This document shows, in pieces, positions 38,734 to 48,372 of a DNA stretch of 64,000 nucleotides. The stretch's first letter is position 1. The number at the start of each line of letters is the position of its first letter. Both the position numbers and the translations under genes were made by a program. Source of the DNA: Candidatus Bathyarchaeia archaeon (GTDB lineage: Archaea; Thermoproteota; CALKCG01; B24); assembly GCA_038870975.1 (NCBI GenBank), contig JAVZJD010000001.1, positions 736,001 through 800,000 on the forward strand. Reading direction: 5' to 3'. The notes under the pieces are model-generated. The model did not search any database and had not been told where the DNA came from. It worked only from the letters and a program-made list of their open reading frames with translations.

Positions 38734-40625
38734 AAGTGAAAGTTGGCTTAGAACTTCATCAACAATTGGCTACAAACTACAAGCTTTTCTGCGGCTGTCA
38801 AGCATCTCTAGGTGTTACAGAAACCGAGTACAAGTTCATACGTAGGCTTAGGCCAACTCAGAGTGAGCTTGGCGAAGTAGATCCGGCTGCTCTTTTCGAG
38901 TTTAAAAAGGGAAGATATATCGTATACGAGGTTGACGATGCATCTTCGTGCCTCGTAGAGATGGACGAAGAACCCCCGCATCCTCTCAATGAGGAGGCCG
39001 TTGAAATAGCTTTAACAGTTGCCCTAATGCTTAATGCTTCACCAGTAGACGAAATCCATGTTATGCGTAAAATAGTAATAGATGGTTCAAATACTGCTGG
39101 TTTTCAGAGAACAGCCTTAATAGCATCTGGAGGCTACGTAGATGTTGAGAATAAACGAGTTCCAATACAAACAATATGTATTGAAGAAGATGCTGCTAGG
39201 CTTATTAAACAAGAAGGTGAAGCCATTTACTATCGACTTGACAGGCTTGGGATTCCTCTGATAGAAATTGCAACAGCCCCAGTCATAGAGTCTCCTAAGG
39301 AAGCATTGACAGTTGCCTACTCTATAGGTCGTATACTCAGGGCTACTGGTCGTGTCAGAAGAGGCTTGGGCTCCATAAGACAAGATGTAAACATATCTGT
39401 AGAGGGAGGCGGTTTGATAGAGGTTAAAGGTGTTCAAAAACTCGACCTTATTGAGAAGGTTGTTGAGTATGAAGTTATGCGTCAGAAAAACCTATTAGCG
39501 ATTCGAGATGAGCTTCAAGCCAGAGGCTGTAAGCCCATCGACATTATGAATAGTCCTATTGTAGACCTGACAGAAGTCTTCAGTAGCACGTCAAGCCGTA
39601 TCATACGTAATGCTATTAAGTCTGGAGGTAGGGTTTTAGGGATTGTTCTCAAAGGATTTGGGGGTCTCCTAGCCCGTGAACTTCAACCAGGCTTAAGATT
39701 CGGAGGAGAGTTCGCGACAAGAGCCAGCTTCTGGGGCGGTGTAGGTGGAATCTTCCATACAGATGAACTTCCAGCTTACGGTATAACTGCTGAAGAAGTT
39801 GCTAAAGTTAAAAGCCTATCTGGGGCGGACGACCTAGATGCTGTCGTATTCGTAGCCGATAAATACTCTAAAGCTGAAATGGCTTTAAAGGCGATCCAAG
39901 AGAGAGCTTTAGAGGCTTTAAAGGGTGTTCCAGATGAAACAAGAGGTCCGAATCCAGATGGTACGACTAGATACATGAGGCCTAGACCTGGAGCGGCTAG
40001 AATGTACCCTGAAACCGACATCCCGCCTTTAAGAATAACTGAAGATCTACTTTTGAAAGTTAAACGAAGTCTTCCAGAGCATCCGAGTATAGTGTTAAAC
40101 AATCTTGTAGAGGTATATGGGTTGAATAGAAAGCTGGCTGAGCAGCTTATTGATTCAGAGTATTTGAACGTCTTTAAATCTATAATGTCCGTGGTAAAGA
40201 TTCCAGCTAAGTTTGTAGCGGCAACCCTTACAGAAACTCTTAAGAGTCTCGAAAGAGAAGGCTTTGATGTAAGTGTTCTACCGGACTTAACGTTAATGGA
40301 TGTTTTCAAATGTGTTGATAGGGGGTTTATGGTTAAAGAAAACGTACCCGATGTTTTAAAATGGCTCTGCTTGAATGTAAATATGGGTGTTGAAGACGCA
40401 TTAAAAGCTCTAAACATACGTCTACTAACAAGAGAAGAGTTGGAAGAAGTAGTCGACGATGCCATAGAAGCAAAATCCGACCTTGTTGAAAAGATGGGCG
40501 TTAAAGCTTTAGATTCTATTATGGGCTTTCTAATGGGTAAGTTAAGAGGTAGAGTAGACCCACAACTTCTAATGGAAGTTATCCGTAGAAAGATTGAAGA
40601 GAAAACTGGAGGTGGTCAAAGTTAG
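38721..40625 (+). CDS. gatE: Glu-tRNA(Gln) amidotransferase subunit E
   Basis: GLELHQQL, MRKIVIDGSNTAGFQRT, RPRPGAARMYPETD. Confidence 0.97.
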   Translation: MVGLKVKVGLELHQQLATNYKLFCGCQASLGVTETEYKFIRRLRPTQSELGEVDPAALFEFKKGRYIVYEVDDASSCLVEMDEEPPHPLNEEAVEIALTVALMLNASPVDEIHVMRKIVIDGSNTAGFQRTALIASGGYVDVENKRVPIQTICIEEDAARLIKQEGEAIYYRLDRLGIPLIEIATAPVIESPKEALTVAYSIGRILRATGRVRRGLGSIRQDVNISVEGGGLIEVKGVQKLDLIEKVVEYEVMRQKNLLAIRDELQARGCKPIDIMNSPIVDLTEVFSSTSSRIIRNAIKSGGRVLGIVLKGFGGLLARELQPGLRFGGEFATRASFWGGVGGIFHTDELPAYGITAEEVAKVKSLSGADDLDAVVFVADKYSKAEMALKAIQERALEALKGVPDETRGPNPDGTTRYMRPRPGAARMYPETDIPPLRITEDLLLKVKRSLPEHPSIVLNNLVEVYGLNRKLAEQLIDSEYLNVFKSIMSVVKIPAKFVAATLTETLKSLEREGFDVSVLPDLTLMDVFKCVDRGFMVKENVPDVLKWLCLNVNMGVEDALKALNIRLLTREELEEVVDDAIEAKSDLVEKMGVKALDSIMGFLMGKLRGRVDPQLLMEVIRRKIEEKTGGGQS

Positions 40626-40639
40626 CTTATCTTAAGAGG

Positions 40640-42040
40640 ATGGAACTTGTATGTGTAAAATGTGGCTCTCTACATTTTCCAAACAAGCCTTGGACTGGTT
40701 GTCTGAAATGTGGAGGTACGCTTGAATTTACCTTATTCGATGATTTAAACGTCGGAGAAATCAGCTTCAAGAACATCAATTCAATGTGGAGATATAGGTC
40801 TATTCTTCCAATACCTGACGATTGGGACCCAATATCATTAATGGAGGGACATACACCTTTAATCAAAGCGGAAAACCTTGGAAACAACTTTAAATTGAGA
40901 AAACTATATCTCAAAGATGAATCGAGAAATCCAACTGGCTCTTTTAGAGATAGGGCGGCTTCTCTAATGGTTACATGGGCGTATAAGACTGATTTTAAAA
41001 CACTCATAGCGGCTTCAGATGGCAATATGGGTGTTAGTCTGGCTGCATACGCCGCTAAAACCCGTTTAAACTGTAAAGTCATCATTCCTAAAAACGTTGA
41101 TGAGGGTAAAATTCTTCAGCTTCTAATCTATGGGTCTGAGCTTAGTGAATACGGCAAGTACTTAGATGAAGCAATAGATAGAACTATTAAGCTCGCTGAA
41201 GAACAGAACGCCTATCAGGCAACTCCAGAATTAAACCCGTTGAGTATAGAGGCTCAGAAGACAATCAGCTATGAGATTTGGGAACAATTGGGTGAAACGC
41301 CGGATGTTGTAGTTGTTCCAGTTGGAAGTGGTGGCCTTCTCTTCTCAATCTGGAAGGGTTTTATGGAGCTTAAGAAGTTGGGCTTTACAAATAAAGTTCC
41401 CAGGTTTTTAGCCGTTCAATCTGAGGGCTGTGCTCCCATTGTTGAAGCTTTTAGAAAGAATTCTGAAATCATAGAGCCGCTCAATCCTAAAACCAGAGCC
41501 AGCGCAATATTGGTTAGAAGACCAACTTATGGCGCTAAAGTCCTTGAGATTCTAAGGCAGAGTGGTATGGCGATCTCTGTCAGAGACGATGAAATATTTA
41601 AAGCAGAGAGAATGCTGGCTAGACTTGAGGGGTTATTTGTTGAACCGTCAAGCTCCTCGACCGTCGCGGCTTTAATGAGGCTTTCGAAAGAGGGGATTTT
41701 AAACCCAGATGAGATAACCGTGTGTATTCTAACAGGGAGTGGCTTAAAAGTACCTAGCATATTTGAATCCATGGGCTATAGAAAGCGAATGTTTGAGGTT
41801 GGCTTTGAAACAAGTATGAAATTCCGCATCCTTTCCTCTCTCTCTAAAGGCGAGAGGCATGGATATTCTATTTGGAAATCTCTAGGTGGTATAATCAGTC
41901 CACAAGCCGTTTATCAACATCTTCAAGATTTAGAGAAAAGAGGTTATGTTGAAAGTTTTAACATAAATGGTAAACGTCTTTACAAGCTGACAGAGGATGG
42001 GAAGCAGCTTTTAAAGGTCCTCAGAATCGTAGGATTTTAG
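40640..42040 (+). CDS. Threonine-synthase-like PLP-fold protein (Lys to Arg) fused to a C-terminal PadR-type wHTH
   Basis: Zn ribbon, EGHTPL, NPTGSFRDR, PVGSGG, EPSS, ILTGSGLK; C-terminal RHGYSIWK...AVYQHLQDLEKRG...LYKLTEDG. Confidence 0.85.
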   Translation: MELVCVKCGSLHFPNKPWTGCLKCGGTLEFTLFDDLNVGEISFKNINSMWRYRSILPIPDDWDPISLMEGHTPLIKAENLGNNFKLRKLYLKDESRNPTGSFRDRAASLMVTWAYKTDFKTLIAASDGNMGVSLAAYAAKTRLNCKVIIPKNVDEGKILQLLIYGSELSEYGKYLDEAIDRTIKLAEEQNAYQATPELNPLSIEAQKTISYEIWEQLGETPDVVVVPVGSGGLLFSIWKGFMELKKLGFTNKVPRFLAVQSEGCAPIVEAFRKNSEIIEPLNPKTRASAILVRRPTYGAKVLEILRQSGMAISVRDDEIFKAERMLARLEGLFVEPSSSSTVAALMRLSKEGILNPDEITVCILTGSGLKVPSIFESMGYRKRMFEVGFETSMKFRILSSLSKGERHGYSIWKSLGGIISPQAVYQHLQDLEKRGYVESFNINGKRLYKLTEDGKQLLKVLRIVGF

Positions 42041-42914
42041 CTTCAATGAAGCAAATAATTTCGGTGGCAATTTTAGCCGCTTGAATAGCTGTTATTCCAT
42101 TATCATAGGGAGGTGTAAATTCAACTATGTCAACAGCAACCACTTTGGTGCTACAGCTTTTCCATAGAATGTCAAGCAGTTGGGTCACAGTTAATCCCTC
42201 CGGTTCTGGGTTTGCAACTCCAGGTGCTTGAGATGGATCTAGAACATCTAAATCTATGGATATGTAGAGTCTTCTAGCGTTTCGAGTCCATTTTTCAATT
42301 TCTTCTAAAACGTCGTTTAATCTTCTATGCACATCCAAACTTGTTAAAAATACGAGTCCCGATTGTTTAGCATAATTCAATTCTTCTTCTGAAAATGCTC
42401 TAACTCCTATCTCCATAACTCTATCTACTCCCAATCTCTCGGAAATCCTCCGCATGACTGTTGCATGATTTACTTTCGAGCCTAAATATTCATCTCTAAA
42501 ATCCATATGTGCGTCAAAGCATAATACAGCTAAGTCTCCACTTCTACTTGCTGCTTCCACTGCTCCTAGAGTCAACGTATGTTCTCCTCCAAATATTATG
42601 GTTTTTAAGTCTTTAGACAACTGTTCTTCTACTACGAGGCTTAGCCTTCTAAGAGTTTCAGATAAGTCTTGAGCTATGTTGAGATTTCCCATGTCTTTAA
42701 TCGCGAGTTTTGAAGCATCTAGTTCAGCCCTCAAACTATAAGTCTCAATATTCACCGATGCTTCTCTAATGGCATTGGGTGCAAATCTTGACCCAGGTCT
42801 GAAGGTAGAGGTGCCATCGTATGGTGCTCCCAAAATAGCATACTTTGGCCTGCATACATTTTCAACTTCTAGAAACTTCAATGTCTTAGAAGTGTAGAGT
42901 TCTTCATAGCTCAT
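42021..42914 (-). CDS. speB: Agmatinase (ureohydrolase family)
   Basis: STFRPGSRFAP, GGEHT, DAHMD, SIDLDVLDP, PEPEG. Confidence 0.93.
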   Translation of the reverse strand: MSYEELYTSKTLKFLEVENVCRPKYAILGAPYDGTSTFRPGSRFAPNAIREASVNIETYSLRAELDASKLAIKDMGNLNIAQDLSETLRRLSLVVEEQLSKDLKTIIFGGEHTLTLGAVEAASRSGDLAVLCFDAHMDFRDEYLGSKVNHATVMRRISERLGVDRVMEIGVRAFSEEELNYAKQSGLVFLTSLDVHRRLNDVLEEIEKWTRNARRLYISIDLDVLDPSQAPGVANPEPEGLTVTQLLDILWKSCSTKVVAVDIVEFTPPYDNGITAIQAAKIATEIICFIEAKILRF

Positions 42915-43054
42915 AGACTCGGTCCTCCGTACATCTAACAATATCACTTGTTCATAGAGTGTAGATTTGCAATAAAAACTTACATTCTCTGCCCATTGAG
43001 CTTAGAAAGCTATTTCTTTGGTTAGAATATAAATTCTACTTATTAGGTGGTAGC

Positions 43055-43936
43055 ATGAAATATGGAATTTGGACAGACTTATACGGAGACTTAGATGTAG
43101 AAACAGCATTGTCGAAATTAAGTGAACATGGTTTTAAATACGTAGAATACAGTTTCGAACACATTTTAGCAATTGAGAGAGATTACTATGAAGGATCTAT
43201 TTTTAAAAAACTCAAGGAAGTTGCTAATAGCCTAGGTATCAAAGCTCTTCAAATGCACGGTCCGAGTTTAGATTGGACTGAAACATACAGCATAGTTTGT
43301 AAAGATGAGACTATTAGAAAAATATGCGTTGAGAGAACCTGTAAATGGATAGAGTACTGCTATAAGCTAGATGTACCAGTTCTTGTTGAGCATCCAGGTT
43401 CAATGCAGGTGAAAACATTTGATGAGTTAAAAACTCTGGAGAAACTTAATATTGAAAGCTTCAGATCCATTGCTAAATTTGCGGAAGATAGGTGTATAAA
43501 AATAGCTGTTGAAAACATTTTTGACTCTAAACCTGAAAAACTCAAAGACATCCGTTTCCTAAAGTATCCAGTTAACTACGGCTCTACGATTGATGAAATC
43601 AGAACTCTATGTGAAGCCACGGATCCAGATGTGGTGGGCATCTGCCTTGATACTGGTCATGCTAATTATCAAGGGTTGAATGTAGCTGATGCTGTAAGGA
43701 AGTGTGGGGTCCTCCTATACGCTACACATATAAATGACAACGATGGATCTGGAGATCAGCATCTAGCCCCTTTGAGAGGTAGCATAGATTGGAAAAGCGT
43801 AATTGATAGCTTTAGAGGCATCGGCTACGATGGGTTGCTAAGCTTAGAAGTTCCTGGAGAAAAACACCCTAGCATTAATGTTAGAGACAACAGACTAAAA
43901 ATGTTATTAGTCATAATGGAGAATCTCCTACGATAG
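43055..43936 (+). CDS. Sugar phosphate isomerase/epimerase (xylose isomerase-like TIM barrel)
   Basis: AVEN, LDTGH, HINDNDG..DQH, SLE. Confidence 0.85.
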   Translation: MKYGIWTDLYGDLDVETALSKLSEHGFKYVEYSFEHILAIERDYYEGSIFKKLKEVANSLGIKALQMHGPSLDWTETYSIVCKDETIRKICVERTCKWIEYCYKLDVPVLVEHPGSMQVKTFDELKTLEKLNIESFRSIAKFAEDRCIKIAVENIFDSKPEKLKDIRFLKYPVNYGSTIDEIRTLCEATDPDVVGICLDTGHANYQGLNVADAVRKCGVLLYATHINDNDGSGDQHLAPLRGSIDWKSVIDSFRGIGYDGLLSLEVPGEKHPSINVRDNRLKMLLVIMENLLR

Positions 43937-44064
43937 CTGTTTGCGTAAAATGGTAACGTTGTTGCACTCAAACAATTAGAGGAGGCATGCAATGAATGAT
44001 CCTGCTTGGATAATTCAACTAAGATAAGCTTTATATGCTCTACGCGACTAGAGCATAGCCTGTT

Positions 44065-44382
44065 ATGATTGCTATGCTCTATAAGAGGCTTCTCACTATA
44101 CCTTTATGTCTAGGTCTAATCATGGTGATTTTAGGAGCATATCCAAGTATAATCCCTCACGTACTAATATTGGGAATTGTGGGTGTTTCTTCATCGATTC
44201 TACATATGAAATTTGATAAATTCTTCAAGCCTCTAATTCTCGCGACTTCTACGCTTTACTCAGTTATCTTTCTTTGGATTTCCACAATCCCGGGAAATAT
44301 CGTGGTCACAGTTTTATCATATATAGCTCTAGTGTTAACTGTGTTATCCATTATAGCCCTGCTCTTATTCAAGGAGGGCTGA
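44065..44382 (+). CDS. Small membrane protein
   Basis: Four hydrophobic segments; directly upstream of lysS. Confidence 0.6.
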   Translation: MIAMLYKRLLTIPLCLGLIMVILGAYPSIIPHVLILGIVGVSSSILHMKFDKFFKPLILATSTLYSVIFLWISTIPGNIVVTVLSYIALVLTVLSIIALLLFKEG

Positions 44383-44387
44383 AAATT

Positions 44388-46025
44388 TTGACTTCACCTA
44401 TTCATTGGATAGATAAAGTGGCAGCTGACATTGAGAGGTACTGGGAGTCTAGCAGAGAAATCATATGTAATGGTGGTTTATCTGTTTCAGGACTGCAACA
44501 CGTAGGCCGTTTAAGAGGAGAGATAGTCCTCATAGATGCTGTTAGAAGAATACTTGAAGAAAATGGTAGAATAGTCCGTCACCTCCTAGTCTTATACACG
44601 CAAGATAATTGGAAAGGTAAAGATGCTCAACTTAAAGCATTTAAAAACGCAGAAGAAGCGTCAAAGTATAAAGGTTGGCGTTTAATAGACGTTCCAGACC
44701 CGAAGGACTGCCATAGAAATTGGGTTGAGCACTATTGGGAAAGCTTCGGAGATCATCTTCACGAATTCGCTAAATCCGTGGAAGTTTACACAACGACTCA
44801 ACTTTATAAGATGGACTCTATGAAGGAAGTCGTACGTGAAATCCTCTTAAAGAAGGAGGATGTTAGGGCTATCATAAACAAATACAGGGGTAGGAAACCA
44901 TACCCTGAAAATTGGATACCCTATGACCCACTTTGTGGAAACTGCCGTAGGATAGACTCAGCTGAACCGTTAGAAGTAGACTTAGAATCGTACAAAGTTA
45001 AGTATGTCTGTAGAAATTGTGGCTACGGCGACTGGTGTAGTATGGAAGATGGTAAGCTTAATTGGAGGCTTGAATGGACTGCGATTTGGAAAGCCTTAAA
45101 AGTTATGTTTGAACCATACGGTAAAGATCACGCTACACCTGGCGGGTCCAGGGATAGTTGTGTGGACCTTGCAATTAACGCGTTGAATTTTAAGCCGCCT
45201 ATTGGTGTAGCATATGAATGGGTTGGATATGTAGTTGGTGGAAAAGACCTTGGTGACATGGGGAGTAGTGATTTTATAGGTTTTACTCCTGAAGATTGGG
45301 TTAAAGTAGCTGAGCCTGAGGTTCTCAGATACTACTACATTATTAGCGATAATATGAAGAGGCTGACTTTGAGTTTAGACCAAGTATACCACTATGTTGA
45401 ATTATACGACTTTGCTGAGCGCGTATACTATGGTATTGAAAAACCTGATAAAGAGGCTTGGGAAGCGGCTCTTATGAAGAGGAGTTTTGAGCTTTCTCAG
45501 TTGAAACCCATCCCTAGGGAAATGCCTTTTCAATTGAAGTACCTTCACGCAGTTATACTTGTGCAGACTCTTCCAGAAGAAGGTTTACTTGAAAACGCTA
45601 TAAGACGGTTAAAGTCTACGGGGGTTCTACTGAAAGACCCAGATCCACTGTCTGTTTCAAGAATAGACTCTAGGTTAAAGAAGGCGTTTAATTGGCTTAA
45701 ACTCTATGCTCCCGATGAATTTCATGTTAGACTTCTGGAAAGTCTGCCCCCTCAACTTAAATCTTCTCTAAGTAGTAGAGACAAGGATTTACTTAAAAAC
45801 CTCATGGAGCTTTTTAAGCCGATTGAATGGAATGAAGAATCCATTAAAAAGACTATGATGCGTTTTACCTCTACTGTTTCAAAAAGTGAATCTCAAATGC
45901 TATTTAAAGCTCTCTATACGGTATTCTTCGGTAGGACTAGTGGCCCTAGAATTGCTCCGTATCTTGCAATGTTGGATAAGAATTGGGTTCTCAATAGACT
46001 TAAAGAAGTCACTTCTGAAGGTTAA
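44388..46025 (+). CDS. lysS: Class I lysyl-tRNA synthetase
   Basis: SGLQHVGRLRGE, GKLNWRLEW, EPYGKDH, SGPRI; TTG start 44388 behind GGAGG. Confidence 0.96.
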   Translation: MTSPIHWIDKVAADIERYWESSREIICNGGLSVSGLQHVGRLRGEIVLIDAVRRILEENGRIVRHLLVLYTQDNWKGKDAQLKAFKNAEEASKYKGWRLIDVPDPKDCHRNWVEHYWESFGDHLHEFAKSVEVYTTTQLYKMDSMKEVVREILLKKEDVRAIINKYRGRKPYPENWIPYDPLCGNCRRIDSAEPLEVDLESYKVKYVCRNCGYGDWCSMEDGKLNWRLEWTAIWKALKVMFEPYGKDHATPGGSRDSCVDLAINALNFKPPIGVAYEWVGYVVGGKDLGDMGSSDFIGFTPEDWVKVAEPEVLRYYYIISDNMKRLTLSLDQVYHYVELYDFAERVYYGIEKPDKEAWEAALMKRSFELSQLKPIPREMPFQLKYLHAVILVQTLPEEGLLENAIRRLKSTGVLLKDPDPLSVSRIDSRLKKAFNWLKLYAPDEFHVRLLESLPPQLKSSLSSRDKDLLKNLMELFKPIEWNEESIKKTMMRFTSTVSKSESQMLFKALYTVFFGRTSGPRIAPYLAMLDKNWVLNRLKEVTSEG

Positions 46026-46116
46026 AAACGCTTCTTTTTCAACGGATTTGTAAAAGAATATTAATAAATGCATATATACAAAGAACAACTGTATACATCT
46101 GTACTCAGGTGGTATT

Positions 46117-46689
46117 TTGCCTAGGAAACTTCTGGCCGCTAGGGCTGATTTGGTTGATGAATTATCTAGGATGGCCAAAGCCAGAAATCAGACTGTCTAC
46201 GGGTTTTTAAACAACATTCTTGAACAGGCTTTGAGACTCCACAAAATGGACATTAAGATTGAAGACGTTGCGAACTCCTACATGGTTATAAAGAACCTTA
46301 AAAACTTGGGTTTCATCCCCCTTCCTGAAGACTTCGCCTATAGGGCTCTAGATGGTATTATTAAAAGTAAGAGTATAGCTGACTCATTTTTTAAACTCGG
46401 TGAGTGGTATGGTAGAGTTTTAGCCGCGCAACTTCCAGATTTTAAACCGATGGAGCTCTTGAGGACTGTTATCAGTGAAATTGCTTGGACAGCTTCGGAA
46501 GTCTCGATTGTTGAAAACGGTGGTGAAATCACTGTTAGATGTATAGGTCCGAGGTTTTCAGAGTCTTATACGTTGGTTTTAGCCAGTATGATTGAGGGCT
46601 TCGCGTTCTCAATAGGCTTTAAAACGACTAAACGCTATGTGACTAGAGGTGTGATCTTTCTAAACCTTAAGAGTGAGATTAATCAATAG
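46117..46689 (+). CDS. Hypothetical protein with an RHH-like N-terminus and a V4R-like C-domain
   Basis: RKLLAARADLVDELSRMAK...; GEWYG; paralog of the next gene. Confidence 0.65.
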   Translation: MPRKLLAARADLVDELSRMAKARNQTVYGFLNNILEQALRLHKMDIKIEDVANSYMVIKNLKNLGFIPLPEDFAYRALDGIIKSKSIADSFFKLGEWYGRVLAAQLPDFKPMELLRTVISEIAWTASEVSIVENGGEITVRCIGPRFSESYTLVLASMIEGFAFSIGFKTTKRYVTRGVIFLNLKSEINQ

Positions 46690-46713
46690 TTTAGTGGGGA
46701 AAAGTGAGATATA

Positions 46714-47307
46714 ATGGTTTTACCTAAACAGTCGAAGGATAAAAAGCTTGTTTGGGTTAGAGCAGATATACTCTCCCATATAAGCCGAATAGCAAATAGA
46801 GAAGGTAAAACCATAACAACATATGTTAACGAGGTTTTAGAACAGTCGATTCGAGTTTACGATATGAAGCTCACGTTAACTGAGGTTATAGATTTATACA
46901 TGCTCACTAGGATCAGCAGGGAAGGTGGAAATCTAACAATACCTAGGGATGTAGTCAAGTACTTAATATCCAAAGTCTATAATTCGAATAGAGAAGAGCT
47001 GATGCAGATATTCTACGACACTGGCGCATGGTTTGGCAAATACATACTGGCGAGAATAGGCAGTGAAAACCTGGTAGAAAGGCTTCGGCAGATTCTATAC
47101 GTGAATATATGGGATTTAAATGAAGTTTACGTTGATAAGAATGGTAATACTATTTCGATTAGGTGTGTAGCCCCACAGCTTTCCATGGAAGAGACTGAAC
47201 TCTTAGCCTCTTATGTAGATGGTATGTTGGGTTCTATTGGTTTTAAACCAGTTGAACGTGAGGTGATAAGGGGAATAATAATGGTTAAAGTTGAGGGTGG
47301 GGTGTGA
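46714..47307 (+). CDS. Hypothetical protein, tandem paralog of the previous gene
   Basis: KLVWVRADILSHISRIANREGKT...LEQSIR; GAWFG; RGII C-terminus shared with the previous gene. Confidence 0.65.
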   Translation: MVLPKQSKDKKLVWVRADILSHISRIANREGKTITTYVNEVLEQSIRVYDMKLTLTEVIDLYMLTRISREGGNLTIPRDVVKYLISKVYNSNREELMQIFYDTGAWFGKYILARIGSENLVERLRQILYVNIWDLNEVYVDKNGNTISIRCVAPQLSMEETELLASYVDGMLGSIGFKPVEREVIRGIIMVKVEGGV

Positions 47308-48372
47308 GTGGATAATCCCACTGTACGTAAAGCACTGTTGTATGAAAGTGTCAGAGGGGGTCTTGTTAGATGCCTTCTATGCGAAAGACGCTGTTTAATA
47401 TCTGAAGGGGCTACGGGCTTCTGTGGTACGAGAATCAACATGGGTGGGTTTCTCTACACAATTGTCTACGGAGATATAAACGCGATATCTGTAAACCCCA
47501 TAGAGAAAGGTTACCCAACCGTTGGGTAGCCCTCTAGAAAGCCGCTATATCACTTCTATCCAGGGACCAAAGCCCTTACTTTCTCCACTTGGAGTTGTAA
47601 TTTTACATGTCCATGGTGTCAAAACTGGGTACTCTCAAAGTCTAAACCAGACCCATCTAAGGCGAATTACATAAGTCCTAGAGAGATGATCGATTTAGCC
47701 ATTAAAAGTGGATGTCAGGGTCTTTCAGTATCTTTTACAGAGCCTACTCTACTATTCGAGTATTCGCTTGACGTCTTTCCTCTGGCGCTAAACGCAGGAC
47801 TGTACACGAATTTTGTGAGTAATGGCTATATGACAGTTGAAGCTTTAAAAATGCTCCGCGACTCGGGTCTCCAGTCAATAAAAATAGATGTTAAAGGGGG
47901 TTTAGAAACGGTTAAAAGATTTTGCGGGGCCGACGTCTCCATAGTGTGGAGGAACGCCGAACTCGCGAAAAAGATGGGTGTACATGTTGAAATAGTTAAC
48001 CTAATAATTCCAGGTGTTAATGACGATGAAGCTACGTTGCGAGAGATTATTGAAAATCACGTTAAACGCTTAGGCGTAGAAGTTCCAATACATTTCACAG
48101 CGTATTATCCGGCGTATGAGTTTAAAGCACCACCCACGCCTGTTGAAAAGCTTGAAGAAGCCTATAGAGTTGCCAAAAGCTTCGGCGTTAAATACCCATA
48201 TATAGGTAATGTCCCAGGACATAAGTATGAGAATACTTACTGTCCGAATTGCAACCGTATCTTGATAAGGAGGTTTGGCCTGTTCAGAGTTGAAGTTAAA
48301 CTTAGGGCTGATGGTAGATGTCCAGGCTGCGGTGAACTAATCCCCATAAAACTTTGGAAAAGCAGTACTTAG
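47308..48372 (+). CDS. amrS: AmmeMemoRadiSam-type (PFL-activase-like) radical SAM enzyme; exons 47308-47507 and 47538-48372, 344 aa spliced
   Basis: CLLCERRC...GFCGTR; PIEK|KPLYHFYPG; CNFTCPWCQNW; YIGNVPG...TYCPNC; both parts in one frame, separated only by a TAG inside a 30-nt insert. Confidence 0.9.
47508..47537 (+). other. Bulge-helix-bulge mRNA intron (30 nt)
   Basis: AGAG-AA^A-GGTTACCCAA-CCG-TTGGGTAGCC-CTCT-AG^A; excision gives ATA GAG AAA AAG CCG. Confidence 0.85.

Noticed and set aside
47527-47529. In-frame TAG as a pyrrolysine codon or simple pseudogene stop
   Set aside because: Read-through would put 10 residues into the conserved PIEKKP motif; the precise BHB geometry explains the insert better; no pyl genes are in the window
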